A stretch of DNA of 64,000 nt from Trichosphaerium sp. ATCC 40318. Its lineage: Eukaryota > Protista > Tubulinea. Both the position numbers and the translations under genes were made by a program. Under the pieces are notes generated by a model, which was not told the DNA's origin, ran no database searches, and saw nothing but the letters and a program-made list of their open reading frames with translations. Positions 24,552 through 37,139 of the stretch are shown here, piece after piece. Position 1 is the first letter of the stretch. Every line of letters begins with the position of its first letter. Where the stretch lies: NCBI GenBank assembly GCA_038496445.1, contig JALMLS010000531.1:262755-326754 (forward strand), read 5' to 3'.

Positions 24552-27500
24552 CTAATTTGTTGGAAACAATGGGTTGTCACAACCAGCCGCCGTTGGATCA
24601 GGTTCCCAGCATCCTAAAGAAAAATAAGTAAACTTTTTGATTTTTTTTCTTGACTTTAAGATCAGAAAAAGTTTTTATCCTTCAAGTTTTGATGTCTTGT
24701 ATGATTGTCTTACCAAGTGGTTTACAACTCTGAATAGCCGTAGTTGTTTCTCTGTAGCATTGTGTATTTGGTGGAGGTATACATCTACATTGGCGCACAC
24801 AGTCATCAAGTTGGAACAACAAATCTTGACCACCAGTGTGAATAGGTTCTCCAGTAATAGGATCTGTCAAGCGATCATGAGAAAGCCATCCCATTCCAGA
24901 CCATTGTGGGCAACCTATTAGATATATTAGTGAGTATACTTGTCAAGTTATTTGCAAAGCGTCTTTTAGGTACCTGTTGAACCAGGTTCTTCAAGAGTGA
25001 AGTCAGCTCCGTCATGAGCTGATTGGAATAGTTCGATAACTTCGCCTGTATTAATGTTACGAATGTATCCTCTGTTGTCTGGATTAAATAAAGCAGTCAA
25101 GAGACCAGGACCAGCGCCGCTTGAATCAGGAACATACATCGCATTCACGTATGTGAAGTCTATACAAAGTTAACAAAAGAAGAGCAAATCGTTCATTAAA
25201 GACAACATCAAACACGTTTTGACTTATAGTTGGAATGGAGTTCAGAGCATAAGACAAGGTTGTCTTGGTTTGTATTTTAAGGAAAAAAGTGCGTACCGAA
25301 TTGGTAAAGTTGTTCATCGATAATTTCGTTGAAGTTCATCCAACGACCACCATATACAGTACCGAATACTCTGATCTTGAACTCATCTTGATATTCTGCA
25401 TCACATCCCTCAGAGTATAGTGTGAGGTTAGCGCCACCGCGTTCTGCAGAGAAGACCCATATTGTTGGGAAACCGTTGATAATCATTCCATCAAGACCAT
25501 CAAGTCGAAGAGCGTATGTTGGAGGACTAAAGTAAAAATGATAAGCAAAAACAAAGCGCGATTTTTGTATCAAAGAAGATTGGAGAGACTTAGAAATTAT
25601 CACGTGATTTTTGGTTTTTCACGTGACGATTTTGCATTTTTAATGAATGTTTGACTTACGCTCTGGCACCGTTACAGAAATCTTTGATTCTGTATTGACC
25701 ACCTTTGCAAGGTGCTTGAGAGTCGTCAAATACACAATCCTCACAAGTGAGCATTGGGCAGCTGACGCAGTTCAAATCAGTCTAAAAATAAGCGTTAGAT
25801 TTACAACATAATTTCGCAAAGAAAAAAAAAAGAAAGCGTACATATCCAACATTGATCTCTACAAGGTTTGAAGAAGGATTAAACGCTGGTGTTTGGAAAA
25901 CAATTTCACCAGTGAGTGTTGAAGGAACCATGCCTGCAGCTGCACTAATAGAAGAAATAAGTCACATGCAAGTGCGTGATTGTTGTTATTGTTGACTGTA
26001 CCCTTCAACTTCAAGCATCAAGTCTTCTCCTGTTCTCGCTGTCAAAGGAGCGAGTACGTTTCCATTAAGCAATGGATTATGAAGTTCAATCTTATGACCA
26101 ATCGTCATACCAGGTACCAGCTTCATTCTGAAAGCATTTGTGTTGGTATCATAGTTCAAATTAACTATTTCGTTGCCCATCTGGAATGTAATAGATCCAT
26201 CATTCCATCTTAGCATAAATTCGATTGGTGTATTTTCAGGGAACGAAGTTGGTTCAAACTCGATCATAGCGCCATCAGGCCATACTTGAATTTGATCAGC
26301 AGTAGCACCATCAATTGCTAATGCGACAAATTGTGATTCAAAGTTTCCTGGAGGTACCATCTGAACAGGACCTTGATGGTTTTCGTTAGTATAATTTGTT
26401 TTTCTTATTATTTTCTTCAGACGACATACCTGTTGTACATTTCAAGTCTGGGCATACTTCGGAGGTACATTCCGTGCATAGATCACATGGGAATTCATCA
26501 CTTTGATTGGCCATTATAAACAATGACATGCCAAGACAGATTGTAGATGGCGTAGTTGGCTAAAGAGAAGTTAAGGTTGTTTTTTTTGAATTAGTGCCAA
26601 GAATGCTTACTTGTACGCCAAGAAGAAGTAAATCATTATCAATGTAAGTATTAGGGGACTCTCCTATGCTTACATCGAGAATACGACTACCTTCCACAAC
26701 AAAGTTGACAGTAAACTCAGGACTGAATAAAGAGTTAGCAAGCAGAAAATCAAAATTGTTTTAAAGTAGGATTTCGAAGTACATACCCAGGTGGGAGCAT
26801 AGCTGATAAGAAAGGTAGAGTAGTAGCCTTCAGTGCTAAAAGGATATAAATAAAGTGGTTTTAGGGTATATTAGGCGTACATTCATCAACAGTGAATTCA
26901 CCAATGAGTAAACCACTCACGAGGTTATTGGAATCAACAAAGAGGTTATTTGAAGACAAAGAGAGGTTTCCAACGCTGACCACTACAGGTCCGAAGGATA
27001 ACAATTCATACTCTGCTCTAAATATACCATCTTCAGCATCCCAGAAGTTTGTTAATCCAGTAACATCAGTACGCAGTGTTTGTTGGAAAATTGGCTAAAA
27101 AAAGAGAAAAACGTCAAAAAAAACCACGTGCGAAGTTGTTTCACGTACAGTGCCCACTAGAGGTGTTGAACAACTTGCTGCATACAAGTAGTTTACAAAA
27201 AAGTGAGGGAATTGATCACGTGAACATTCTCCTTGAGTAATAGGAATACACATGCGTATTGGTTGAGGTGGCTTTGTGACATCTGGGATTGGAGCATTTG
27301 TAGGTGCAAAAGTAGGAGCGATTATTGTGCTCGGAGTTTGGAGGGTAGCAGGTACTTGCACTGTGTTTGGTGCTGCTATTGTTGCTGGACTCACAATAGT
27401 AGCAGGTGTTGTAATTGTAGCAGGTGTGAAAATTGTTGAAGGCGTGAAACGAGTTGCCGGTGTAGTTATTGAACTAAATAACAGAAGTAAGTTTATCTTC

Positions 27501-30500
27501 AGTTTTTATCAGCGTATTTGAACGTACCTTGGTGAGTTAATTGTAGCCGGTGTTGTTACTGTTCCTGGCGATACAATAGTTGCAGGTGTACTAACAGTCG
27601 CTGGTGTGAATACTGTGCCAGGGGCTTGAATTGTAGAAGGCGTTCGGACAGTTCTATTGATAAGAATTTGAGTATGGCATGTTTTTAACTTAAATATCGT
27701 ACCCAGGCGTTACGATAGTTGCTGGTGTTACTACTGTTGCTGGAGATGTGATTGTAGAAGGATTTCTTACAGTCGCAGGTGTGATAATTGTGCCAGGTGT
27801 GTTAATCGTTGCAGGTGTGAACACAGTAGCAGGTGTGTTTCTTGTTGCTGGAGTTGTAACAGTGCTACACGCACAGAATGTTAGAAGTACAGATAGAAAC
27901 TAGTTTCTTACCCTGGAGACACGATTGTGGCAGGAGTGACAACTGTCGAAGGTCCAATTACTGATGCAGGTGTACGAATAGTACCAGGTGTTACGATTGT
28001 AGCAGGTGTAGTGACTGTTGCTGGTGTGTTGATCGTAGAAGGTGTTCTCACTGTTCCAGGTGTAACAATCGTAGATGGTGTACGTACAGTAGCAGGAGTA
28101 TTGATTGTCGCTGGTGTTGTAACAGTTGCAGGCGTGACAACAGTTGCAGGTGTTTGTATTGTTGAAGGTGTTCGCACTGTAGCTGGCGTAGTAATGGTTC
28201 CAGGTGTAGTTATAGTTGCTGGTGTTACAACAGTTGCAGGCGTTTGTATTGTCGAAGGTGTTCGCACTGTAGCTGGAGTGTTAATTGTTGCAGGTGTGAC
28301 AACAGTTGCAGGAGATTGGATCGTTGAAGGACTTCTCACTGTTGCTGGAGTTACAATTGTTGCAGGTGTGTTAATCGTTGCAGGTGTGAACACTGTAGCT
28401 GGTGTGTTTCTCGTTGCTGGAGTTGTAACTGTTCTAAAATTAATAGTGAGCATGGAGACTGAACAATATAGGTTTGGTACCCTGGAGACACAATTGTGGC
28501 AGGAGTGACAACTGTCGAAGGTCCAATTACTGATGCAGGTGTACGAATAGTACCAGGTGTTTGGATTGTTGAAGGTGTGCGAACAGTTGCTGGTGTGTTG
28601 ATTGTCGCTGGTGTAGTGACTGTTGCTGGCGTGATGACAGTACCAGGTGATTGGATCGTAGAAGGTGTCCTGACTGTTCCAGGTGTAACAATCGTGGCAG
28701 GAGTGATCACTGTTGATGGAGACGTGATTGTGGCAGGTGTCCTTACAGTACCAGGTGTCTGGATCGTTGATGGTGTTGTTATAGTTGCAGGCGTAATCAC
28801 AGTTCCAGGAGTCTGAATAGTAGAAGGTGTCCTCACAGTACCAGGTGTCTGAATAGTGGAAGGAGTACTTATTGTACTAAAACAAAAGCGATTAAAGAAT
28901 GATTAACGAAAGTAGTAACTTACGCTGGTGAGATAACAGTTGCAGGTGTAATTCTTGTAGCAGGTGTAGCAATAGTAGCTGGTGATATCACAGTAGCAGG
29001 TGTTACTCTTGTTGCTGGAGTCTGTATTGTAGAAGGTCCAACAACAGTCGCTGGTTCAATGTTTGTTCCAGGTACTAATTGAGTACTTGGTGTAATAAAC
29101 GTGGAAGGATTCCTTGGACGTGGAGGAATAGGTCCGCCAGTTGTACCTATTTTTAGATATGAGTAAGATTCATCAGATTGTCGAGAAAAAAAGCAACACG
29201 TGTTTATTTTTGAAGCACGGAAAAAAACCTCAGAAAACGAGGAGCAAAGGGCGTACTTGGATTGATAAACATTGCTGGTGAGAACAAGGTCGCTGGTGTT
29301 ACTCTTGTTGCAGGCGTTACGATCGTTCTTTAAAAAGAATTAGTAAGAGTGTTCATTACATGATAAAAAATTTGTTGCGTACCCTGGTGTGAATACTGTA
29401 GATGGTGTTCTGACTGTGGCAGGACTGTTTATAGTAGCTGGTGTTGTAACGGTCGCTGGTGTTACAATAGTAGCTGGTGTTTGGATCGTAGCAGGTGTTA
29501 TGAGTGTACTTGGTGCTTCAATCGTTGAAGGGTTGACAAGTGAACCAGGTGTCTGTAATGTAGCTGGCGTCCTCACAGTAGCAGGTGTCTGGATCGTAGC
29601 TGGCGTAATGATCGTACTTGGAGCTTGGATCGTAGATGGATTTACCAAAGTGCCAGGTGTTTGAAGCGTTGCTGGTGTTCTCACGGTAGCTGGAGTTTGA
29701 ATAGTAGCAGGTGTTATGATTGTACTTGGAGCTTCAATCGTAGAAGGGTTAACGATGGTTCCAGGTGTTTGTAGCGTAGATGGCGTTCTAATCGTGGCCG
29801 GTGTTTGGATAGTAGCAGGAGTTATAACTGTACTAGGAGCTTCAATCGTAGAAGGATTTACCAAAGTTCCAGGTGTCTGTAGTGTAGCTGGGGTTCGCAC
29901 AGTGGCAGGCGTCTGAATAGTAGCTGGTGTTATGACAGTACTTGGAGCTGCAATAGTTGACGGATTAACAAGCGTTCCAGGTGTTTGGAGTGTTGCTGGC
30001 GTTCTCACAGTAGCAGGTGTCTGGATCGTAGCTGGCGTAATAATCGTACTTGGAGCTTGGATCGTTGAAGGATTGACGAGAGTTCCTGGAGTTTGAAGTG
30101 TTGCTGGGGTTCTGACAGTTCCGGGAGTGACAATAGTAGCAGGTGTAGTAACTGTCGCAGGCGTTTCAATAGTTGCAGGTGATTGAATAGTAGCTGGTGA
30201 TGCAATTGTTGAAGGATTAACAAGGGTTCCTGGAGTTTGAAGCGTAGCTGGTGTCCTTACTGTGGCTGGCGTCTGAATCGTAGCTGGAGTAATGATCGTA
30301 CTTGGAGCTTGGATCGTAGATGGATTTACAAGAGTTCCAGGTGTTTGAAGCGTTGCTGGTGTTCGGATCGTTGCCGGTGTTTGAATAGTAGCTGGTGAAA
30401 TAACTGTACTTGGAGCTTCGATTGTTGAAGGGTTAACAAGAGTTCCAGGTGTCTGTAGTGTAGCTGGTGTTCTCACAGTGGCAGGTGTCTGGATCGTAGC

Positions 30501-33500
30501 TGGTGTAATGATTGTACTTGGAGCTTGGATCGTAGATGGATTTACCAAAGTGCCGGGTGTTTGAAGCGTTGCTGGTGTTCGAATCGTAGCAGGTGTTTGG
30601 ATGGTTGCTGGTGTTATGACTGTGCTAGGAGCTTCAATGGTCGATGGATTGACAAGCGTTCCTGGTGTTTGAAGTGTCGCTGGTGTCCTGACTGTAGCTG
30701 GCGTCTGAATAGTAGCAGGTGTTATAACTGTGCTTGGAGCTTCAATCGTTGAAGGGTTAACAAGAGTTCCAGGTGTTTGCAATGTCGCTGGTGTCCTGAC
30801 AGTTGCTGGCGTCTGGATTGTCGCAGGTGTTATGATTGTACTTGGAGCTTCAATCGTTGATGGATTTACAAGAGTTCCAGGTGTCTGTAGTGTAGCTGGG
30901 GTTCGCACAGTGGCAGGTGTCTGGATCGTAGCTGGTGTAATGATCGTGCTTGGAGCTTCAATCGTTGAAGGGTTAACAAGAGTTCCAGGCGTTTGAAGTG
31001 TCGCTGGTGTCCTCACTGTCGCTGGCGTCTGAATGGTAGCTGGTGTTATGACAGTACTTGGAGCTTCAATCGTTGAAGGATTGACAAGGGTTCCAGGTGT
31101 CTGTAATGTAGCTGGCGTCCTCACAGTAGCAGGTGTCTGGATCGTAGCTGGTGTAATGATCGTACTTGGAGCTTGGATCGTAGATGGATTTACCAAAGTG
31201 CCAGGTGTTTGAAGCGTTGCTGGCGTTCTAACAGTAGCTGGAGTTTGAATTGTAGCAGGTGTAGTGACTGTTGCTGGTGTGTTGATCGTAGAAGGTGTTC
31301 TTACTGTTCCAGGTGTAACAATCGTAGATGGTGTACGTACAGTAGCAGGGGAATTGATAGTCGCTGGTGTTGTAACAGTTGCAGGTGTGACAACAGTTGC
31401 AGGTGTTTGTATTGTCGAAGGTGTTCGCACTGTAGCTGGAGTGTTAATTGTTGCAGGTGTGACAACAGTTGCAGGAGATTGGATCGTTGAAGGACTTCTC
31501 ACTGTGGCTGGAGTTACAATTGTTGCAGGTGTGTTAATCGTTGCAGGTGTGAATACTGTAGCTGGTGTGTTTCTCGTTGCTGGAGTTGTAACTGTTCTAA
31601 AATTAATTGTGAGCATGGAGACTGAACAATATAGGTTTGGTACCCTGGAGACACAATTGTGGCAGGAGTGACAACTGTTGAAGGTCCAATCACTGATGCA
31701 GGTGTACGAATAGTACCAGGTGTTACGATTGTTGAAGGTGTGCGAACAGTGGCTGGTGTGTTGATTGTCGCTGGAGTAGTGACTGTTGCTGGCGTGATGA
31801 CAGTACCAGGTGATTGGATCGTAGAAGGTGTCCTGACTGTTCCAGGTGTAACAATCGTGGCAGGAGTGATCACTGTTGATGGAGACGTGATTGTGGCAGG
31901 TGTCCTTACAGTACCAGGTGTCTGGATCGTAGATGGTGTTGTAACAGTTGCAGGCGATACAACCGTACCAGGCGTCACAATTGTTGAAGGCGTTCTAACA
32001 GTAGCAGGTGAGTTAATCGTTCCAGGTGTTGTAATGGTCGCAGGCGTTACTACTGTAGCTGGTGTCCTTATTGTAGATGGTGTTCTAACAGTACTTGGAC
32101 TGGTTATAGTAGCTGGTGTTGTAATGGTAGCAGGTGTTACAATAGTACCAGGTGTTTGGATTGTTGAAGGAGTGCGAACAGTTGCTGGTGTGTTGATCGT
32201 CGCTGGTGTAGTAACTGTTGCTGGTGTGATGACAGTACCGGGCGATTGGATCGTTGAAGGTGTGCGAACAGTAGCTGGTGTGTTGATTGTCGCTGGTGTA
32301 GTGACTGTTGCTGGCGTGATGACAGTACCAGGTGATTGGATTGTTGCCGGTGTTCGTACAGTGCCAGGTGTGACAATCGTTGATGGTGTTTGTATTGTCG
32401 ATGGCGTACGCACTGTAGCTGGCGTAGTAATGGTTCCAGGTGTAGTTATAGTTGCTGGTGTTACAACAGTTGCAGGTGTTTGTATTGTCGAAGGCGTTCT
32501 AACAGTACTAGACACTGTATTAATAAAGGAAAACTGTTATCATATTTTTATCAAAAAAGTTTCCATTTTTATTTCAGTTTACAAAAACCATAAGATTTTG
32601 TCCCATTTCATAAATAACAAAATCAACGAGTACAAAAAAATGAAAAAAATTGAGCGAGAGAAGATGACGATAGTTTTCAAAAAAAAAAAAAGCGTGTCAA
32701 TTCAAAAGAAGTAAAAAATGAGATACCCAGGTGTCGTGATTGTAGCTGGTGTAGTTATGGTTGCTGGTGTTACCACGGTTCCTGGTGTAGTAATAGTAGA
32801 TGGCGTTGTAATAGTAGCTGGTGTAACAAGAGAAGCTGGCGTTTGAAGTCCACTAAAAAAAGTACATAAGAAAAGTCTGTTTTGGCAATTTAGAAAGGCA
32901 AAAAAAATCTCCGGTCATGATTTTTCGCTCCGCGATATTCAAGCGGTGTTAGAAGACACGTTCTTGTTTACATGGTATATCAATTGGGACAGAAAATAAA
33001 AAACGTGTCGATTACGCTTGAAAAGCAACCAACGTACCCATCAAATTCCAAGTCGATATTAATATCAGCGCGAGTTCTTGCAGCGGCCAGGAGTTGGTTA
33101 TCAAGATCAAGGGGTTGCATGGCAATACCATAAGTAAACCATAGCGATAAACCAAAGTTACGATTCTTGTTATTACCTTGATAAAAGCTTTGAGTATTGA
33201 GTTTATTACAAAACGGTAAAAAGGAGAAAAAAGGTAAAACAAAGAAGAAAGATAATATTTTCATTTTTTTATGTTTGATCACGTGATAGTTTCCGCTAGC
33301 ACTTTCTTACCTCCGAAACCTATCTCTGGTGGGTTTCCGTTAGCCTCTCCAAAGATTAAAACAGTAGCTCCTTGTAAAGGAGTTCCATTGGGAGCTGTGA
33401 GCACACCTATGTTATATTAGCGTCTATAGTATTATAACAAGCGTAGGGCCGGTTTTTATTTGCCAACAACACGAAAATTACTACAAAAATAAAAAGAGAA

Positions 33501-34009
33501 AAAAAAAGATATCTAACTCCATCAGTGTGACACTGTCACAAAAAAACCGTACCAACAGGCGCGTCGAAGAAGCATATGCCAGTAGGATCAACCTGTCCTG
33601 GTCCAGTACCGTAACATGAGTCTTGTAAGTCACGTACAAGCGGGACAGCTGATTCATTGCGGAAATCAGGCAGCTCTACCTCTACATCGAATACCCACGT
33701 GGGGTCGTTTCTTGCTTGTATTCTTCCTGTCAGAAGACCGTCGAGGTTGCCATTATTGTCGCGCGTAACAGTAAGCACGTTTCTAAAGCCAGGGACCCAG
33801 TCCCAGAAGACACGGTCACCAGCGCTCAAAGAACGCCAGTTGTCGAACCAAAACGCGTGATTACCCTCGCAAAATTTACAGCAATCAAGGTCAGATACTG
33901 CTTCAGTGGCGGTGTATGTGCCAACTGATACAACACTGCTGTACGAGGCCAGAGGGCATAGAATAATGCATAGCAAGGTTATAGATATAATATGGGAAGG
34001 CAAAAACAT
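24552..34009 (-). CDS. Giant secreted protein: signal peptide, N-terminal globular domain, long TP[ASG]T[IVL]x repeat array and Cys-containing C-terminal domains (about 2300-2500 aa, estimated)
   Basis: Hydrophobic N-terminus MFLPSHIISITLLCIILCPLASYS. Repeat exons 27270-32850 run in frame into IRMCIPITQGEC. C-terminal exons end GCDNPLFPTN-TAG at 24552. No obvious TM or GPI signal. Confidence 0.75.
27270..32850 (-). repeat. Coding 18-bp (hexapeptide) tandem repeat with a 108-bp higher-order unit
   Basis: TPATIQ-TPATVR-TPATLQ-TPGTLV-NPSTIE-APSTII repeated across about 29500-31250. Synonymous positions vary between units. Confidence 0.95.
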
Positions 34010-34428
34010 AATTTGGTTGCCCCTTGCTGCCCTCTCTTCTTTCCAGATGTTTTGAGATTTTCAAAATAATGAAGTAGTCGCTTTGTGTTTCCCAACAAAT
34101 GTGAACAAGATGACTCGTGGGTCTTGGGAAGTATCTATACATATTCAGATATCGCTACACCGTATTAACACGCGATAATCTGGTTTATCGTTCGGACAAC
34201 TTTTTTTTTTGCTGTTTTTTCTATTTGTATCCCATTTTTTACTTTCAAAGTAGAGATAATAGAGTATATTAAGGGGTTGTAGTAGAGGGAAACTTATTGA
34301 CGTTTGTGTACTCAAATTTGGTCATTCTGCTATCAGCCAACAACTTAAAGACGTGCCGGTTGGTCAAAGAATAGGTAACTCACTAAAAGAAGTGCCTCCG
34401 GCGTATTAAAATCGTGTATAGATCTTTT

Positions 34429-36653
34429 ATGTCTCAAAAAAACCAAAATACTGAACGGTACGTATTGTAGTTTACAGAACGCGTAGAAAACTAACTTGAA
34501 TACTTTTGCAGCGCTCAACGAGCAAATAGTAAAAAATCTAGTTGTAAACCGCCTACTGGAACAAAGAAAGCACTGCATAAGGTAGTGCCTATTATAAATA
34601 CTGCTCTATTTGGCTCTAGCAGTGAGCGTCATGACGAAAAATCGTTTTCAGAGTACTGGGATCAATACGTTGGTACTGATGGCAAAGAAATAGAGGCAAG
34701 TATTATAATACTTTATCATTAATTTATTCCGGACTTACTGTAAATAGCATGACAAAATTGAACACGTAAAGGTCCAGGTAAGAAAGTCATACCTTGCACT
34801 ACTGAGCTCTTAACTAATTTTTATCGCCTACAGGTTGTAGAGTGGCCTGCTAATGGACGCGTATTGCGTGGTAGATATTACTATCCGCCTACCGACCGCG
34901 ATGTAAACGGGAAGCTTATTGTATGTTTTTCTGGGTCTCATGGATCAAGCGTAAAACATATGCTCGTTGCGGCTTCATATTTTGCGCAGGGCGGATCTGC
35001 GGTACGTATTATTGAAATATCAATCAAAAAAAGTCAGAAAAATTGCCACAAAAACAGGTCTGATTTACACTTACCCAGGTACTCGCACTTGATTATACAG
35101 GATTCGGTGCAAGTACATCTAGTGCTTATGAACCAAATGGAAGCTCAAAGTATGGTATGACTGGTACGAAAGGAACATTTTGGTAAAACAAGTTTTCAAA
35201 AAATAACAAAAAATGGTGAAAAAATCGCTCTATTCTTTCACCTTTTTATGTTTTTGTCTTAAAATGCATTACATGGTGTTCGGAAAATCGGACTTTGTTG
35301 ACAGTGCGCAACTGTTTACCTCAGATTGTGTACTACGATGGAACTTCCTCGTACAGTCTCGTTGGTCTTTTGGTATAGAAACGCTTATATATCTCCGGTA
35401 GGGATCAAAAAGCTTCATAGCTCTCAACTGTATCAAGACGGTATTGAGTTTTTGAATTGCGCAACTACTAAGTTACGAAAAAGAAACGGTGACGTACGTA
35501 CCTGTCATGCTTACAGCGAAATTATGAAGTAATTGATCAACATTTTTTTAATTGTTTTTTTTTTTTGGTGTTACGCTCACTGTCAGTTTTATTAATTCTT
35601 TTATAGCATTATGAAGCGTCAGATATAATTATCTATAGCTACTCATTAGGAGTCCCTGTAGCCTGTCATGCGACTCTAATAGCGTGTCGTAATGGCGACA
35701 AAATAAGGGGACTAGTATTGGACCGCGGAATGGTCAGTGTTAAGCAAGCCGCAAAGGACCACGGTACGTAAAAGTTAATTGTACAGTAGTGTACACAAAG
35801 TGCACCACAACAAAAGTCTACTACCCTCATGAGAGCACATAAATGTCTTGTAGGGGACAGTATACTGCAGTAAAAAATTTTTGTAGATTTTTAACTTCGT
35901 AACATTATTGTTTTTCAGGTCACTCGTGGGCTAGCACTTTGGCTGCGTATACACAAGGTGGAATGGATTTGCTAGATAATATTCTTGCGCTACGCGAGGA
36001 TTATCAGAATTTACCTTTGCTTCTATGCATTGCAGGTAAAGGCGATGCCATGGCGGATTCGTATCAAGATTTAAGTACGCGATTGACAAGTGACACCTCA
36101 TTTAAGATTATTTTTCACATTTTGCTTTAAATAACGCGCGAATAACTTATATTGCGCCCTTTAATGATTTACATCGGCGTTTGTATTATTACAACCCAAA
36201 AGGGAACACTTATTTTTTTATCCATTTTTGAAGGTTTTTTTTTCCTTCTGTACTTCTTGTTACTTGACCTAAACGTCGTTTGTAGGTTGGTATTCTTATG
36301 TTGTTGGGTTCACCAGAATATGTCTTCATAACGAAAAAACAGCAAAGCATGAAGACCACGCGAGAATGTTATTCTCGGCACATAAATTGTTAGACAAGCT
36401 CATTGAGGGCAATTTTTCGCCAAGCATGTCCCCAACGGACAAAAATGGTGTAATGGTTTCAGGCGACATGTTTGATGCTGTTATACTGCACTATGAGAAC
36501 ATGAATTTTCACTTGACTTGTGACATCAACTTTGACAACGAGCCTAAAGATACCGAACCATATGAATCAAAGCCGTCCACGAAAAAAACCACGCTAAAAA
36601 GCAAGTGGTACAGCAAGTATGAAAAAAAGAAACAAAAAAGAACACCAATCTAG
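34429..36653 (+). CDS. Alpha/beta hydrolase resembling the MARTX toxin ABH effector domain (5' end uncertain)
   Basis: Spliced GKLIVCFSGSHGS, LALDYTGFGAS, LYQDG, DIIIYSYSLGVPVA, NGDKIRGLVLDRGMVS and KHEDHARML. Confidence 0.7.
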
Positions 36654-37139
36654 ATATTCGCCAAAAGAGCTGTTAAGACTTTGATGATGGTAAAAAAGTC
36701 CGCAACGTAATAAATAAAAAACAAGAAAAAAAAAGGATCTTTACGCATTGTTGGTTCAGACTTTTTGTTAGTCCCTTTGAAAACCACCATTAAGTAAACT
36801 ACATTAAAGCATGGATCTGAGACAGGTCTTGGGTGAGCAAACTGAATTTTACACAAAAAAAATTATCTGGGAAGCTTTCTCACTTGGTTGTATGTTAAGA
36901 GCATCCGTATGTAAGTTGCCAGCTCAACACAAAGTAAAGTTGGCTTTGTTGCAACTAATCAATGAGTGTCTAAGAGTTTAGTCGCAGTTTCTTAACAACG
37001 GTGCGCCTTTTGAAAAGCTGAAAGATTCCATCGCGGCAAGAAACTTGCTGACTTGCTTCTCCCTCCTATTCACGTTAACGTCTATTGTTTTACACTATTT
37101 ATGTCGCTCTAGTTGGTTTTTTGAATACCAGAGCCTTAA

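Noticed and set aside
27927-32714. Long plus-strand V/A/G-rich ORFs
   Set aside because: They are antisense shadows of the TPAT repeat. Splice signals and the signal peptide are on the minus strand.
27270-32850. CRISPR array or satellite DNA
   Set aside because: There are no unique spacers, and variation is concentrated at synonymous codon positions, so it is a coding repeat.
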